DNA of 64,000 bases from the NCBI RefSeq assembly GCF_009914755.1, contig NC_060927.1; one strand, written 5' to 3'. This DNA comes from the human T2T-CHM13v2.0 reference genome, Homo sapiens. Below the pieces are notes generated by a model, which saw nothing but the letters and a program-made list of their open reading frames with translations, ran no database searches and was not told the origin of the DNA. The first letter of the stretch is position 1. Every line of letters starts with the position of its first letter. Below, in pieces: positions 14,045-26,970 of the stretch. A program made the position numbers and the translations under genes.

Positions 14045-14210
14045 ACAAAAAAAGAAATATCTTGAAAGCTTCAAAACCAAAAAAGGTGAATGACCAAATA
14101 ACTACTAATTCCTTACTTAAAATAATTCAGTAAATACAAAAAAAAAAAATCTTGAAAGCTTCAAAACCAAAAAAGGCGAACGACCAACTAACTACTAATT
14201 CCTTACTTAA
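14045..14210. repeat. ~75-bp direct duplication with 15-nt spacer
   Basis: ATCTTGAAAGCTTCAAAACCAAAAAAGG..ACTACTAATTCCTTACTTAA occurs at 14059-14120 and 14149-14210, each preceded by a similar A-rich tract. Confidence 0.93.
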
Positions 14211-15220
14211 TATGTCACACAACACTTTCCTCAATCTTCATGACTCTGCTTTGGTTTATGGGAAAAAATAAGATCACTGTACACATGTAGAACCTGCCAA
14301 AACACCATTATATCACTTGAAAGGAGAAAGGTAAAAAGAGAAGAAGAATTATGAACCAAGTGATTATATTAGAATTTTTTTTTTAAATGTTAACTCATAT
14401 GGAATTCAGTTAATATATTATAAAAGGAATGATTAAATCCAGCCCATGAGTTTGTATCTGCAAACAAGCAGCTATGGGGGCTGTGTCTGAAAAGCAACTA
14501 CCAGGGCACCAGCAATTGCTACAGAAACATAGTGAGAATGAAGCTCTTTCAGAATGGAAGAATAATATTTTCTTTTACTGCGTTTTATTTATTCTTAATA
14601 TTGCCATTTTCTATATTCCTGAATTGGTAGAGTAGAGCTGTAGAAAATCTCAGGAGAGCTCTTTATTCTCTCCTCTTGTGAACCTGAAATATTTCAACAA
14701 GTATCCACAAATGCTTCACCAATTTGCCAATATGTTATTATTAATACATAATTTCTCAAGTATGAATAATTATGAAAGAAAGAAAAACAAATAATCAAAC
14801 AAACCCCAAAAAACCTAAGGGAGATGAAAATTTAAAAAAAAGCAAACAAACCAAACAAAAATATATACAGAAGTTGAATGAAACTATACAAATCAAGAAA
14901 AATAAGTATTACTTATTGTTGCTATTGTTGTAAGCTTTTAAGATTTTGGGGGCTGTTTATTAAGCAGCATTATTGAACTACACTGGCTAATACAATGCCA
15001 AAATTCCCAAGTAGCTAATGGAGCTATTGCAAAAACCACAGTACTGAGATGATTTTTTTCATGTATAACTGTAAATAACATTAGAAACATTTGATAATTT
15101 TTAAGCATTACTCCTTGATTTAAGCACTATTTATTTCAATAAAATAATCTAAAACTGGAGAATATGCAATAGTAGAAAGCACAGGTCAACCAATGTAACA
15201 ATGCAAAGATTAAGAAAAGA

Positions 15221-16324
15221 TTCATGTGTCTTTTGGCTGCATAAATGTCTTCTTTTGAGAAGTGTCTGTTCATATCCTTCACCCACTTGTTGATGGGGTT
15301 GTTTGTTTTTTTCCTGTAAATTTGTTTGAGTTCAGTGTAGATTCTGGATATTAGCCCTTTGTCAGATGAGTAGATTGCAAAAATTTTCTCCCATTCTGTA
15401 GGTTGTTCTGTAGGTCTCCCATTCCGTAGTTGTGCATTCTGATGGCAGTTTCTTTTGGTGTGCAGAAGCTCTTTAGTTTGATTAGACACAAGACACATGA
15501 AAAAATGCTCATCATCACTGGCCATCAGAGAAATGCAAATCAAAACCACAGTGAGATACCATCTCACTCCAGTTAGAATGGCGATCATTAAAAAGTCAGG
15601 AAACAACAGTTGCTGGAGAGGATGTGGAGAAATAGGAACACTTTTACACTGTTGGTGGGACTGTAAACTAGTTCAACCATTGTGGAAGTCAGTGTGGTGA
15701 TTCCTCAGGGATCTAGAACTAGAAACACCATTTGACCCAGCCATTCCGTTACTGGGTATATACCGAAAGGATTATAAATCATGCTGCTATAAAGACACAT
15801 GCACACGTAAGTTTATTGTGGCACTATTCACAATAGCAAAGACTTGGAACCAAGCCAAATGTCCATCAATGATAGACTGGATTAAGAAAATGTGGCACAT
15901 ATACACCATAGAATACTATGCAGCCATAAAAAAGGATGAGTTCATGTCCTTTGTAGGGACATGGTTGAAGCTGGAAACCATCATTCTTGGCAAACTATCG
16001 CAAGGACAAAAAACCAAACACCGCATGTTCTCACTTATAGGTGGGAATTGAACAATGAGAACACATGGACACAGGAAGGGGAGCATCACACACCAGGGCC
16101 TGTTGTGGGGTGGGGGGAGGGGGGGAGGGATAGCATTAAGAGATATATCTAATGTTAAATGACGAGTTAATGGGTGCAGCACACCAACATGGCTGCATAT
16201 GTTGTATGCATATGTATATATGTAACAAACCTGCACATAACAAATAAACATATGTATATATATGTAACAAACCTGCACGTTGTGCACATGTACCCTAAAA
16301 CTTAAAGTATAATAAAAAAAAAAA
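15221..16324 (+). mobile_element. 5'-truncated, 5'-inverted L1PA (about L1PA4-5)
   Basis: 15221-15486 is antisense ORF2 (translates as [20 protein letters not shown] on the - strand). From 15491 it is sense ORF2 C-terminus ([18 protein letters not shown]), then 3'UTR with a G-tract and poly(A). Confidence 0.95.
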
Positions 16325-17914
16325 GGAGACCTGTCAGAAACTCTGGGAGAACAAAGTGATAGTTCACTTTGTGTGAACAAACATTGTGTGTTTCATGCAC
16401 ATCGATTCTCCCATTCTTCAGTAATTAAGACAATAAATAATAGTTGTTTGAAAAAAGATTCAAATTCATATCAAAATTTCTTTTATTAGTGAAAGTTAAA
16501 TTTCAAAGTAGTGGAGAAATTTAATAAATCAATGGTTTTTTGAAGTTTTTATTTCATGAAATAGTAAACAAAATTTTAGATTATATGAGATACAACATGA
16601 AAGATATAACAAATAATTATTCAGAAAAATGCACTAGAAAGATGCACTTTTAACTGAATCTCACAATTAAAGTCCTTAAAATCCAATATGTAATTCCTGC
16701 ATGTGTTAAATATCTTGAACTTTTTTAAGTTCTAAGAACAAGATTCAAAAACCCCTAAGATTTATATCGTAATATATTTTCTCTCTTATTGTCCAATTAT
16801 AGAGAATTTTGAAATAAACTAAATAATAACAGATTAATGCCTAAATAAATTGAGGTCATTGGGAAAGTATAATTTATATGAAACTATGAAAATTATGTTT
16901 TTTAAGTTCCATATAATTGTCACGGTTTGATGAATTTAAAAGTGTATTTGTAGATATAAATTCCAATTTTATATATCAGATTTTTAAGAGGGGATTTTAC
17001 AGTTGAAATATCAGTAAATCTTATCTTTTTTAAATGGTGACATGTGTTATAAAATGTTTTGGAATACAGTATATCACAATAATAAAAGAAAACAGTTTAA
17101 AAATCTACTCTTGCTTAAAAGTTTCTACTACTAAAATGTAATATGGCAATATTTTCTTCTACATTTTGCTAATACACTACCTGGCTCCTCATTTTTTCAG
17201 CTTCAGTAATCTATAATTTAATACTGTCCATAAATAATCATTTTTGGCCTAGATTGAAGCTATTATTAGCAACTATTAGCAATACCTTTAGTGATTTTCA
17301 GAAGCAAGTGAGAAAAATATGTTATCATTATTATTCCATGTCAAATTCAAGTAACCATAATTAGAAAATTTAGGCTTTCAACATACGAAATAGAAAATTA
17401 GAGACTATGGACAGAGATCTAAAGTAATAACACACAATCTAATATTATTTAAAGAACCAATAAAACCTAGGCAGTGACTTTTAAGAGTTAAAAGATGCAA
17501 AGTCTTTTTTCAGAATCTCCGGTTTTACCTGCTTGGATTACGCGGATAGGTAATGGAGAAGGGCTGACTTTTGGGGAAACATGAATAACAATAAAATTAC
17601 ACAAGACACCTGATAGTGGAATAATGATACACCACTCCATTCATGTGAGGACTCCCAAATAATATGTTTTTTTGAATATTCTTCTTGGCAAGTTGTTGTT
17701 GTTGTAGTACTTTTGCTTCATATGTGAACTTACATAACTTGAATTTATAATATTACATATACTCACACATAGCTTGATAAGTCTTATTTAACTAATTAGG
17801 ATAATTTAAACATATTCTCTACTTAATTTATTTTGAATTTAAGAAATAAAAAATAGTTCCAAGCCTAATAATTAGCAGACAAGAAAGTCATCATCAGAAA
17901 TAAAGCTAAGTATT

Positions 17915-18212
17915 GCCAGGCGCGGTGACTCACGCCCATAATCCCAGCACTTTGGGAGGCAGAGGCAGGTGGATCGCTTGAGGTCAGGAGTTCAAGACCA
18001 GCCTGGCCAAGATGGTGAAACTCCATCTTTACGAAAAAATACAAAAATTAGCTGGGTGTGGTGGTGGGCGGCTTTAATCCCAGCTACTCGGGAGGCTGAA
18101 CCTGGGAGGCGAAGGTTGCAGTGAGCCACATAGTGCCACTGCACTCCAGCCTGGGCAACGAAAGCGAGACTCAGTCTCAAAAAAAAAAAAAAAAAAAAAA
18201 AAGCAAGCAAGC
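17915..18212 (+). mobile_element. Alu (S-type) with a small right-arm deletion
   Basis: 12-bp TSD AAGCTAAGTATT at 17903-17914 and 18213-18224. The junction GGAGGCTGA|ACCTGGG lacks about 18 nt of consensus. Confidence 0.95.
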
Positions 18213-18241
18213 AAGCTAAGTATTAAAATAATTAGGTGTTT

Positions 18242-18690
18242 TGACAAAGATGCTTTGTTTGACCAAACTTTGGTCAGGCTCCTGAAACTTCTTTTAGGCC
18301 CAATTCTGCATTTCCTTATAAAATCTAATTTTAGCAAGAATGCTGTTAATTCAATTTAGCAATAACTACCCCTATCCCTGCCAGTATGTTATCATCCTTT
18401 GTATCTCATCAGGTTCCATATTCTCCACCACCCGTTGTGTGATATTATCTGCTTTCAGCAAGAATTCTGCTTGGTTGATTTTGCCAGAATCCCCCTTATC
18501 CATGATGCTTCTTCTTAGTAATTTTCCATCTACCGATCCCCACCACACTCAACGGCTATAAATTCTTACTTGCCCATCTCTCTCTCCCATTATAAAATCC
18601 CATTATAGTGATCTCTATACCCATCACAATCATCTGAATAAAGTGTGTCTTACCTTGTTTTAACACATCATTGAATAGTTTTCTCTTTAA
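18242..18690 (+). mobile_element. MER31-like ERV1 solo LTR
   Basis: Starts TGACAAAGA..TTGACCAAACTTTGGTCAGGCTCCTGAA. AATAAA near 18637. Confidence 0.75.
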
Positions 18691-19312
18691 GTAGTCTCCA
18701 ATCTAAATTTTATTTTAAAATTTGTAAAAAATTATAATAAATATAATTATCTATGTGTGTATATATATAATTATTTTCACTTATGAAATTTTGAATTGAA
18801 CTTTTCTAACATTTTTAATGGAAACTTCTATGCATATATATGTAGTAACTATGCTAAGTGGAACATTTCAATTCACCAACTATAGATCTACAAAGAAAGA
18901 CCTATATGTCATTCTACTTTTTTAAAATAAAACTTTCCACTCCTGTATATTGTAGGTACTCAATAAAGGTGGTGGGAAATCAATTGAATTGCTAACACTT
19001 ACACAGAGTCATCAAAATAAAGTTAGGCTACAAGATGCTTGCCTGTTCTAAGAGAAATTGATGAAATATGTCTTTATAGTATTTTGTTCTTACAAATAAT
19101 ATATAGTTTTCCAGTCTGTAGTGGTTGATATTATTTGTCACACTGAATGAAATATTTGTTTGGTATTATGGTAATCTAAACTGGTAAAAAAAATTGTTGT
19201 TTAAAAATCTGAGGCTGTTAAAAAGCAAAAAGCAACAGCGAAATTTGTTGAGACAAGATGAATCCATATATTTGACCTTCTTAAAGACAGTGCAGAGCTG
19301 AAACTTCAAAAA

Positions 19313-19465
19313 ATGTGTGTGTGCGTATATATATACATGTATATATACACGTATATATATACGTGTATATATATACGTATATATACACATATATATACAC
19401 ATATATATATACACACATATATACATATATACATATATATATACATGTATATATATGTATATATT
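19313..19465. repeat. Compound (TA/CA)n repeat with a palindromic core
   Basis: TATATATACACGTATATATATACGTGTATATATA is self-complementary. Confidence 0.9.
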
Positions 19466-20110
19466 ATTCTCAGTTGGGTGCCTCTTCAAAAGGATAGTTC
19501 ATTATTCTACATTTTAAAATATAACTTTGTTTTTTGTTGTTGTTGTTTATTTTTGTTTGCCTAGGTAGGAATTTGCTTTAGCATAGAGAAAAACTGTATC
19601 TTCCCAGGCAAAAACAAGAGAAGTTACAAGAAACAGACCAATGATATGAATCAGTGTGGAGAGGCAATTCACATAATAGAGCAATATGAACTTGAAACTT
19701 CGTAAATGGTCAGGTTACTTTTATTTTGTTTCATTCTTGGAATATTTGCCATATATTCTGTATAGAGACAGATTTGGCTTGATTTAGATTTCTCTCTGGC
19801 TCATTTTTTCAGAATATTTTCCTATCTTGTATCCCTTTCTATTTTAAAAAATAATAAATCACAAATTTGTAAGCCCTAATAAAGGTTAAAGTAATTATAC
19901 TCAATTGAGAATAAACTAAACTAGAGATTTTATGAAATTATAATGAACATAATAGGAAGTCACAGTTTCAGTATATGTAAACTAAGAACAAATTTATTTT
20001 CTTAATATAGTTGCACTAAGAACATATGTTCATTAAGAAGATTTTACTTTCTTTTCTGTCCATATGCAAAGAATAAAATCTAGCTTCTTAATCTGGCTTT
20101 AAATTGCAAT

Positions 20111-20336
20111 TTTTTTTCTTTTTGAGATAGAGTTGCTCATTGCAACCTCTGCCTCCAGGGTCCAAGTGATTCTCATGCCTCAGAGTAGCTGGGATCACAG
20201 GCGCCCACCACCATGCCCAGCTAATTTTTGTATTTTTAATAAAGACGGGGTTTCACCAAGTTGACGGGGCTGGTCTCGAACTCCTGGCCTCAAGTGATCT
20301 GCCCACCTCGGCCTCTCAAAGTGCTGGGATTACAGG
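20111..20336 (-). mobile_element. 5'-truncated Alu with two internal deletions
   Basis: TSD ATTGCAAT at 20103-20110 and 20337-20344. About 45 nt are missing after GAGTT and about 6 nt in GCCTCA|GAGTAG. Confidence 0.9.
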
Positions 20337-22069
20337 ATTGCAATGAGATTTTAACTCAAAAATATATGCTTTACAAGGAAAATACATAGAAGCAATTTAA
20401 AAAGTTGACCAGTTTACTCCCACTATACTCTCTCACTTTACACAGAAAATAAACAAAATCAATAAAATAATGAAGCATTGAAGACAACAGAAACAATACT
20501 AATGAAACTTTTTATATCTTTCTTTCTTTGTGTCTTCATATGCATTAAGTTTAGAATTAGAAAATGCGATTTCTCTCTAAGTGTGATGGACTAAAATCAA
20601 GGTTTTTTAAATAATACACATCAAACTGTATTGGGACTACCTTTCACCTCTCTGACTTTCTCCTGGTCTATAGTTCCTCATTGTAATCAAGCACAAAAAT
20701 TTACACATAGATGTAGTACCTTTCAGTAATAAGTTTTATTTTCAAACCCTTGCATATGTGAAAAAGGACTCTGGTTTCTTAGCATAATAACATTGTCCAT
20801 AAAGTTTTGAAAGTTAAGTTATGACCCTGTTTGGGAAATAAAAGAAACGTAGAAAGAGAATTTGAATAAAATTAGGGTATTTTAATTTTCAGGGAGTAAA
20901 ACAATTGCTCTATTGAATAATTTCCTGGTTAAATAGTAAACCCGTATGCCTTCTTGTTTCAGAGAAGAGAGTGGTAGAAAGAAGGCATCCTTGCTGAAAG
21001 AAATAAAGAACCAAAGGGTTTTAGTTATATATACGACGTATTACGAAAGAAGTGCTCAGATAAAAATTCACAGACTTAATTCTTAGTATTACTAAATAAC
21101 AAAGAAAAAATACACAATAAATAATTAGCTAAAAAAGCAAGAAAGACTATACCCCTACAAAAAGGAATAAAAAGGAAAAGAATCATATAAAAAATAAATT
21201 AATAAAACTGAATTATTTAAAAATAGAGATTTTTAGGGCAAAATTTAAAATTTAATAATGCTATAGTATACGCCAAATAATAAAAATGTTGAGGATCATA
21301 CCAGTATATTTTTAGAAGATACTAATGCTAAGAAAATCCAGTCTACTTTAACAATACTGAGTAATAATGAATTTCAATGATTTACATAAAATTTGTAGCA
21401 ATGTTTTCTCTATATCTTTAATGATATATTTTTGCTTTGAAGACAATATTTTAAAGTAATTCATTTTTAGTATTTATTGCTTACAGTTTTATAATTTTTA
21501 ATGAAAACTTAAGATCATATAAAATAAATCCATGAAAAATATGTGGAGAAATTAAAATAGTAATGCAACATATAGAATATAATTCGCCTTTCAGATATCG
21601 TATTTTCTCTTTAAGGAATTAAATCTGTCTTTGTTAGATGTTCCAAGACTATGAAATATTGTATACCATTCAAAAACACAGAAAAAGTAAAAGACATATT
21701 TATATATGCTCAGTGATTTTAATTGAACCAAGTTTCAAATATATTTTCTGTTTGAAATAAGCAAAATATAGTATCAAGCACATGTAACATAGCAAATACA
21801 TGTTTTTATACAAAAAAACACATACTTTATTACAAATAGCATATGATAGAGTTAAATTGACAATTCAACTTCCAAGAGCATTGGAAACTTAGAATACCTG
21901 AACAAGAAACTGTCATTTGTGTTTCCAAAATTATATAATGTGCTAAAATGACTTATGATTACTTTTTAATCATGGATGGAAGCAATCCCTGGTCAGTCCT
22001 GGTTAATTTTGATTTCTGTATATTTTTCTGCTAGATTAGACACTTATGCAGCTATTTAATAATAAATTT

Positions 22070-25000
22070 AAGGAAGCTAAGAACCTTGGAAAAAGGACAG
22101 AGGAACTGCTAACTAGAATAACTAGTTTAGAGAAGAATATAAATGACCTGACGGAGCTGAGAAACATAGCAAGCGAACTTCGTGAAGCATACACAAGTAT
22201 CAATAGCTGAACTGGTCAAGCAGAAGAAAGGATATCAGAGATTGAAGATCAATTTAACAAAATAAAGTGTGAAGGAAAGATTATAGGAAAAAGAATGAAA
22301 AAGAATGAACAAAGCCTCCAAGAAATACGGGACTATGTATCTTTGATTGGTGCACCTGAAAGTGTCAGAGGAATGGAAACAAGCTGGTAAATACTCTTCA
22401 GGATATCACCCAGGAGAATCTCCCCAACCTAGCAAGAAAGGCCAACACTCAAATTCAGGAAATACAGAGAATATTACAAAGATACTCCTCGAGAAGAGCA
22501 ACCCCAAGACACATAATCGTCAGATTCACCAAGGTTGACATGAAGGAAAAAATGTTAAGGGCAGCAGGTAAGAAAGATCGGGTTACCCACAAAGGGAAGC
22601 CCATTAGACAAACAGCAGAACTCTCTGCAGAAACCCTACAAGCCAGAAGAGAGTGGGGGCCAATATTCAACATTCCTCAAGAAAAGAGTTTTCAACCCAG
22701 AATTTCATATCCAGCCAAAATAAGCTTCATAAGTGAAGGAGAAATAAAATCCTTTACAGACAATCAAATCCTGAGAGATTTTGTCACCAACAGGCCTGCC
22801 TTATAAGAGCTCCTGAAGGAAGCACTAAACATGAAAAGGAAAAACTGGTACCAGCCACTGCAAAAACATACCAAATAGTAAAGACCATCAATGCTATGAA
22901 GAAACTGCATCAACTAACGAGCAAAATAACCAGCTAACATCATAATGAGAGAATCAAATTCACACATAACAATATTAACCTTAATGGAAATAGACTAAAT
23001 GCCCTAATTAAAAGACACAGACTGGCAAATAGGATAAAGAGTCAAGACCCGTCTGTGTGCTGTATTCAGAAGACCCATCTCACATGCAAAGACATATATA
23101 GGCTCCAAATAAAGGGACGGAAGAATATTTACTAAGCAAATGGAAAGAAAAAACAGCAGGGGTTGTAATCCTAGTCTCTATAAAACAGATCTAAACCAAC
23201 AAAGATCAACAAAGACAAAGAGTGGTATTACATAATGGTAAAGGTATTAATGCAACAAGAAGAGATAACTATCCTAAATGTAAATGCACCCAATACAGGA
23301 GCACACAGATTTATAAAGCAAGTTGGTAGAGACCTACAAAGAGACTTAGGCTCCTACACAATAATAGTGGGAGACTTTAACACCCCACTGTCAATATTAG
23401 ACAGATCAATGAGAGAGAAAATTACCAAGGATATTCAGGATTTGAACTCAGCTCTGGACCAAGTGGACCTAGTAGATACCTACAGAAGTCTCCACCCCAA
23501 ATAAACAGAATATACATTCTTCTCAGCACCACATCACACTTATTCTAAAATTGACCACATATTTGGAAGTAAAACTCTACTCAGCAAATGCAAAAGAACG
23601 AAAGTCATGACAAACAGTCTCTCAGACCACAGTTGTAATCAAATTAGAACTCAGGATTAAGAAACTCACTCAAAACCACACAAATACATAGAAACTGAAC
23701 AACCTATTCCTGAATGACTACTGGGAAAAATAACGAAATGAAGGCTGAAATGAATAAGTTCTTGGAAACCAATGAGAACAAAGACACAATGTACCAGAAT
23801 CTCTGGGTCATGGCTAAAGCAGTGTTTAGAGGAAAATTTATAGTATTAAATACCCACAGGAGAAAGCAAGAAAGATCTAAAATCGACACCCTAACATCAA
23901 AATTAAAAGAACTAGAGAAGGAAGAGCAAACAAATTCAAAAGCTAGCAGAAGACAAGAAATAACTAAGATCACAGAAAAACTGAGGGAGGTAGAGACACA
24001 AAAAACCCTTCAAAAAAAATCAATGAATCTGGGAACTGGTTTTTTGAAAAGATTAACAAAGTAGATAGACCTCTAGCCAGACTAATAAAAAAGAAAAGAG
24101 AGAAGAATCAATAGCCACATTAAAAAAAAATGATAAGGGGGATACCACCACAGATCCCACAGAAATACAAACTACCATCAGAGAATACTATAAACACCAT
24201 TATGCAAATAAACTAGAAAATCTAGAAGAAATGGATAAATTCCTGGACATATACAGACTCCCAAGACTAAACCAGGAAGAAGTCAAATCCCTGAATAGAC
24301 CAATAACAAGTTCTGAAATTGAGGCAGTAATTAATAGCCTACCAACCAGAAAAAGCCCAAGACCAGAAGAATTCACAGCCAAATTCTACTACAGGTATAA
24401 ACAGGGTGTGATACCAATCCTTCTGAAACTATTCCAAACAATAGAAAAAGAGGGACTCAACCCTAACTCATTTTATGAGGCCAGCATCATCCTGATATGA
24501 AAACTTGGCAGAGACACAACAAAAAAAATAAAATTTCAGACTTATATCCCTGATGAACATCAAGGTGAAAATCCTCAATAAAATACTGGCAAACCGAATC
24601 CAGCAGCACATCAAAAAGCTTATCCACCAAGATCAAATTGGCTTCATCTGTGGAATGCAAGGCTGGCCCAACATATGCAAATCAATAAATGTAATCCATC
24701 ACATAAACAGAACCAAAGACAAAAACCACATGATTATCTCAATATATGCAGAAAAGGCCTTTGACAAAATTCAACACCAATTCATGCTAAAAACCCTCAA
24801 TAAACTAAGTATTGATGGAACATATCTCAAAATATTAAGAGCTATTTATGACAAACCAACAACCAATATCATACTGAATGAGCAAAAATTGGAAGTATTC
24901 CCTTTGAAAAGCAGCAAAAAACAAGGATGCCCTCTCTCACCACTTGTATTCAACATAGTATGGGAAGTTCTAGCCAGAGCAATCAGGCAAGAGAAAGAAA

Positions 25001-26970
25001 TAGAGGGCATTCGAATAGGAAGAGAGGAAGTCAAATTGTCTCTCTTTGCAGATGACATGATTGTATATTCAGAAAAAACCATTGTCTGAGCCCAAAACCT
25101 CCTTAGCCTTCTCCTTAGGATTCTCCTTAGGCTGATAAGCAATTTCAGTAAAGTCTCGAGATACAAAATCAATGTGCAAAAATCACAAGCATCCCCATAC
25201 ACAAATAACAGACAAACAGAGAGCCAAATCATGAGTGAACTCGCATTCACTATTGCTACAAAGAAAATAAAATACCTAGGAATACAACTTACAAGGGATG
25301 TGAGGACCTCTTCAAGGAGAACTACAAACCACTGCTCAAGGAAATAAGAGGGGGCACAAATAAATGGAAAAACATTCCATGCTCATGGATAGGAAGAATC
25401 AATATCATGAAAATGGCCATACTGCCCAAAGCAATTCATAGATTCAATGCTATCCCCATCAAGCTACCACTGACTTTCTTCACAGAATTAGAAAAAACTA
25501 CTTTAAATTTCACATGGAACCAAAAAAGAGCCCACATAGCCAAGACAATCCTAAGCAAAAACAATGAAGCTGGAGGCATCACACTACCTGATTTCAAACT
25601 ATACTACAAGGCTACAGTAACCAAAACAGATATATGGACCAATGGAACAGAACGGGCGCCTCTGAAATAACATCAAACATCTACAACCATCTGATCTTTG
25701 ACAACTCTGACAAAAATAAGCAATGAGGAAAGGATTCTCTATTTAATAAATGGTGTTGGGAAAACTGGCTAGCCCTAAGTATAAAACTGAAACTGGACCC
25801 CTTCCTGACCCCTTATCCAAAAATTAACTCAAGATGGATTAAATACTTAAACGTAAGACCTAAAACCACAAAAATCCTAGGAGAAAACCTAGGCAATAAC
25901 ATTCAGGACAAAGACATGGACAAAGACTTCATGACTATAATACCAAAAGCAATGGCAACAAAGCCAAGACTGACAAATGGGATACAATTAAACTAAAGAG
26001 CTTCTGCACAGCAAAAGAAACCACCATCAGAGTGAACAAGCAACCTACAGAATGGGAGAAAATTTTTGCAATCTATCCATCTGACAAAGGGCTAATATCC
26101 AAAATCTACAAAGAACTTAAACAAATTTACAAGAAAATAAACAACCCCATCAAAAACTGGGCAAAGGATATGAGCAGACACTTCTCAAAAGAAGACATTT
26201 ATGCAGCCAACAAACATGAAAAAAAGCACATCATCACTGGTCATTGGAGAAATGCAAATCTCCATGAGATATCATCTCATGCCAGTTAGAATGGTGATCA
26301 TTAAAAAGTCAGGAAACAACAGATGCTGGAGAGGATGTGGAGAAACAGGAACGCTTTACACTGTTGGGAGTGCAAATCAGTTCAACCATTGTGGAAAACA
26401 GTGTGACAATTCCTCAAGGATCTAGAACCAGAAATACCATTTGACCCAGCAATCCCATTACTGGGTATATACCCAAAGGATTTTAAATCATTGTACTATA
26501 AAGACACATGCACAAGTATGTTTATTGTGGCACTGTTCACAATAGCAAAGACTTGGAACCAACCTAAATGCACATTAATGATAGACTGGATAAAGTAAAT
26601 GTGGCACATGTACACCATGGAATACTTAGCAACCATAAAAAAAGATGAGTTCATGTCCTTTGCAGAGACATGGTTGAAGCTGGAAGCCATCATTCTCAAA
26701 ACTAACACAGGAACAGAAATCCAAACACTGCATGTTCTCACTCATAATTGACAGCTGAACAATGAGAACACAAGGACACAGGAAAGGGAACGTCACACAC
26801 TGGGGCATGTCAGGACTGAGGGGTCAGTGGAGGGAGAGCAATAGGAGAAATACCTAATGCAGGTGACAGGTTGATGGGTGCAGCAAACCACCATGGCACA
26901 TGTGTACCTATGTAACAAACTTGCACGTTCTGCACATGTATCCCAGAGCTTAAATTATAATTTTAAAAAA
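22070..26970 (+). mobile_element. 4.9-kb 5'-truncated L1PA (about L1PA7/8): partial ORF1, complete but disrupted ORF2, 3'UTR
   Basis: ORF fragments match ORF1 (KEKMLRAA..KGKPIR), endonuclease (IIVGDFNTPLS), RT ([16 protein letters not shown]) and the C-terminal CWRGCGE motif. A-rich 3' end. Confidence 0.97.
22945..26760 (+). pseudogene. Inactivated L1 ORF2 (endonuclease/reverse transcriptase)
   Basis: Split over many short ORFs (23235, 23714, 24231, 24553, 25407, 26032, 26201) by stops and frameshifts. Confidence 0.93.

Noticed and set aside
15212-16329. AAGAAAAGA / AAAAGGAGA as the TSD of the inverted L1
   Set aside because: Short, A-rich and mismatched, so it cannot be distinguished from chance.
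19166-19564. Overlapping Y/I/H/T-rich ORFs (also 1134-1460 and 7801-8306)
   Set aside because: Translations of TA/CA microsatellites that happen to lack stop codons.
22347-26808. Cluster of ORFs with endonuclease and reverse transcriptase motifs as a novel retro-system
   Set aside because: Ordinary LINE-1 ORF1/ORF2, broken by many stops and frameshifts and 5'-truncated.
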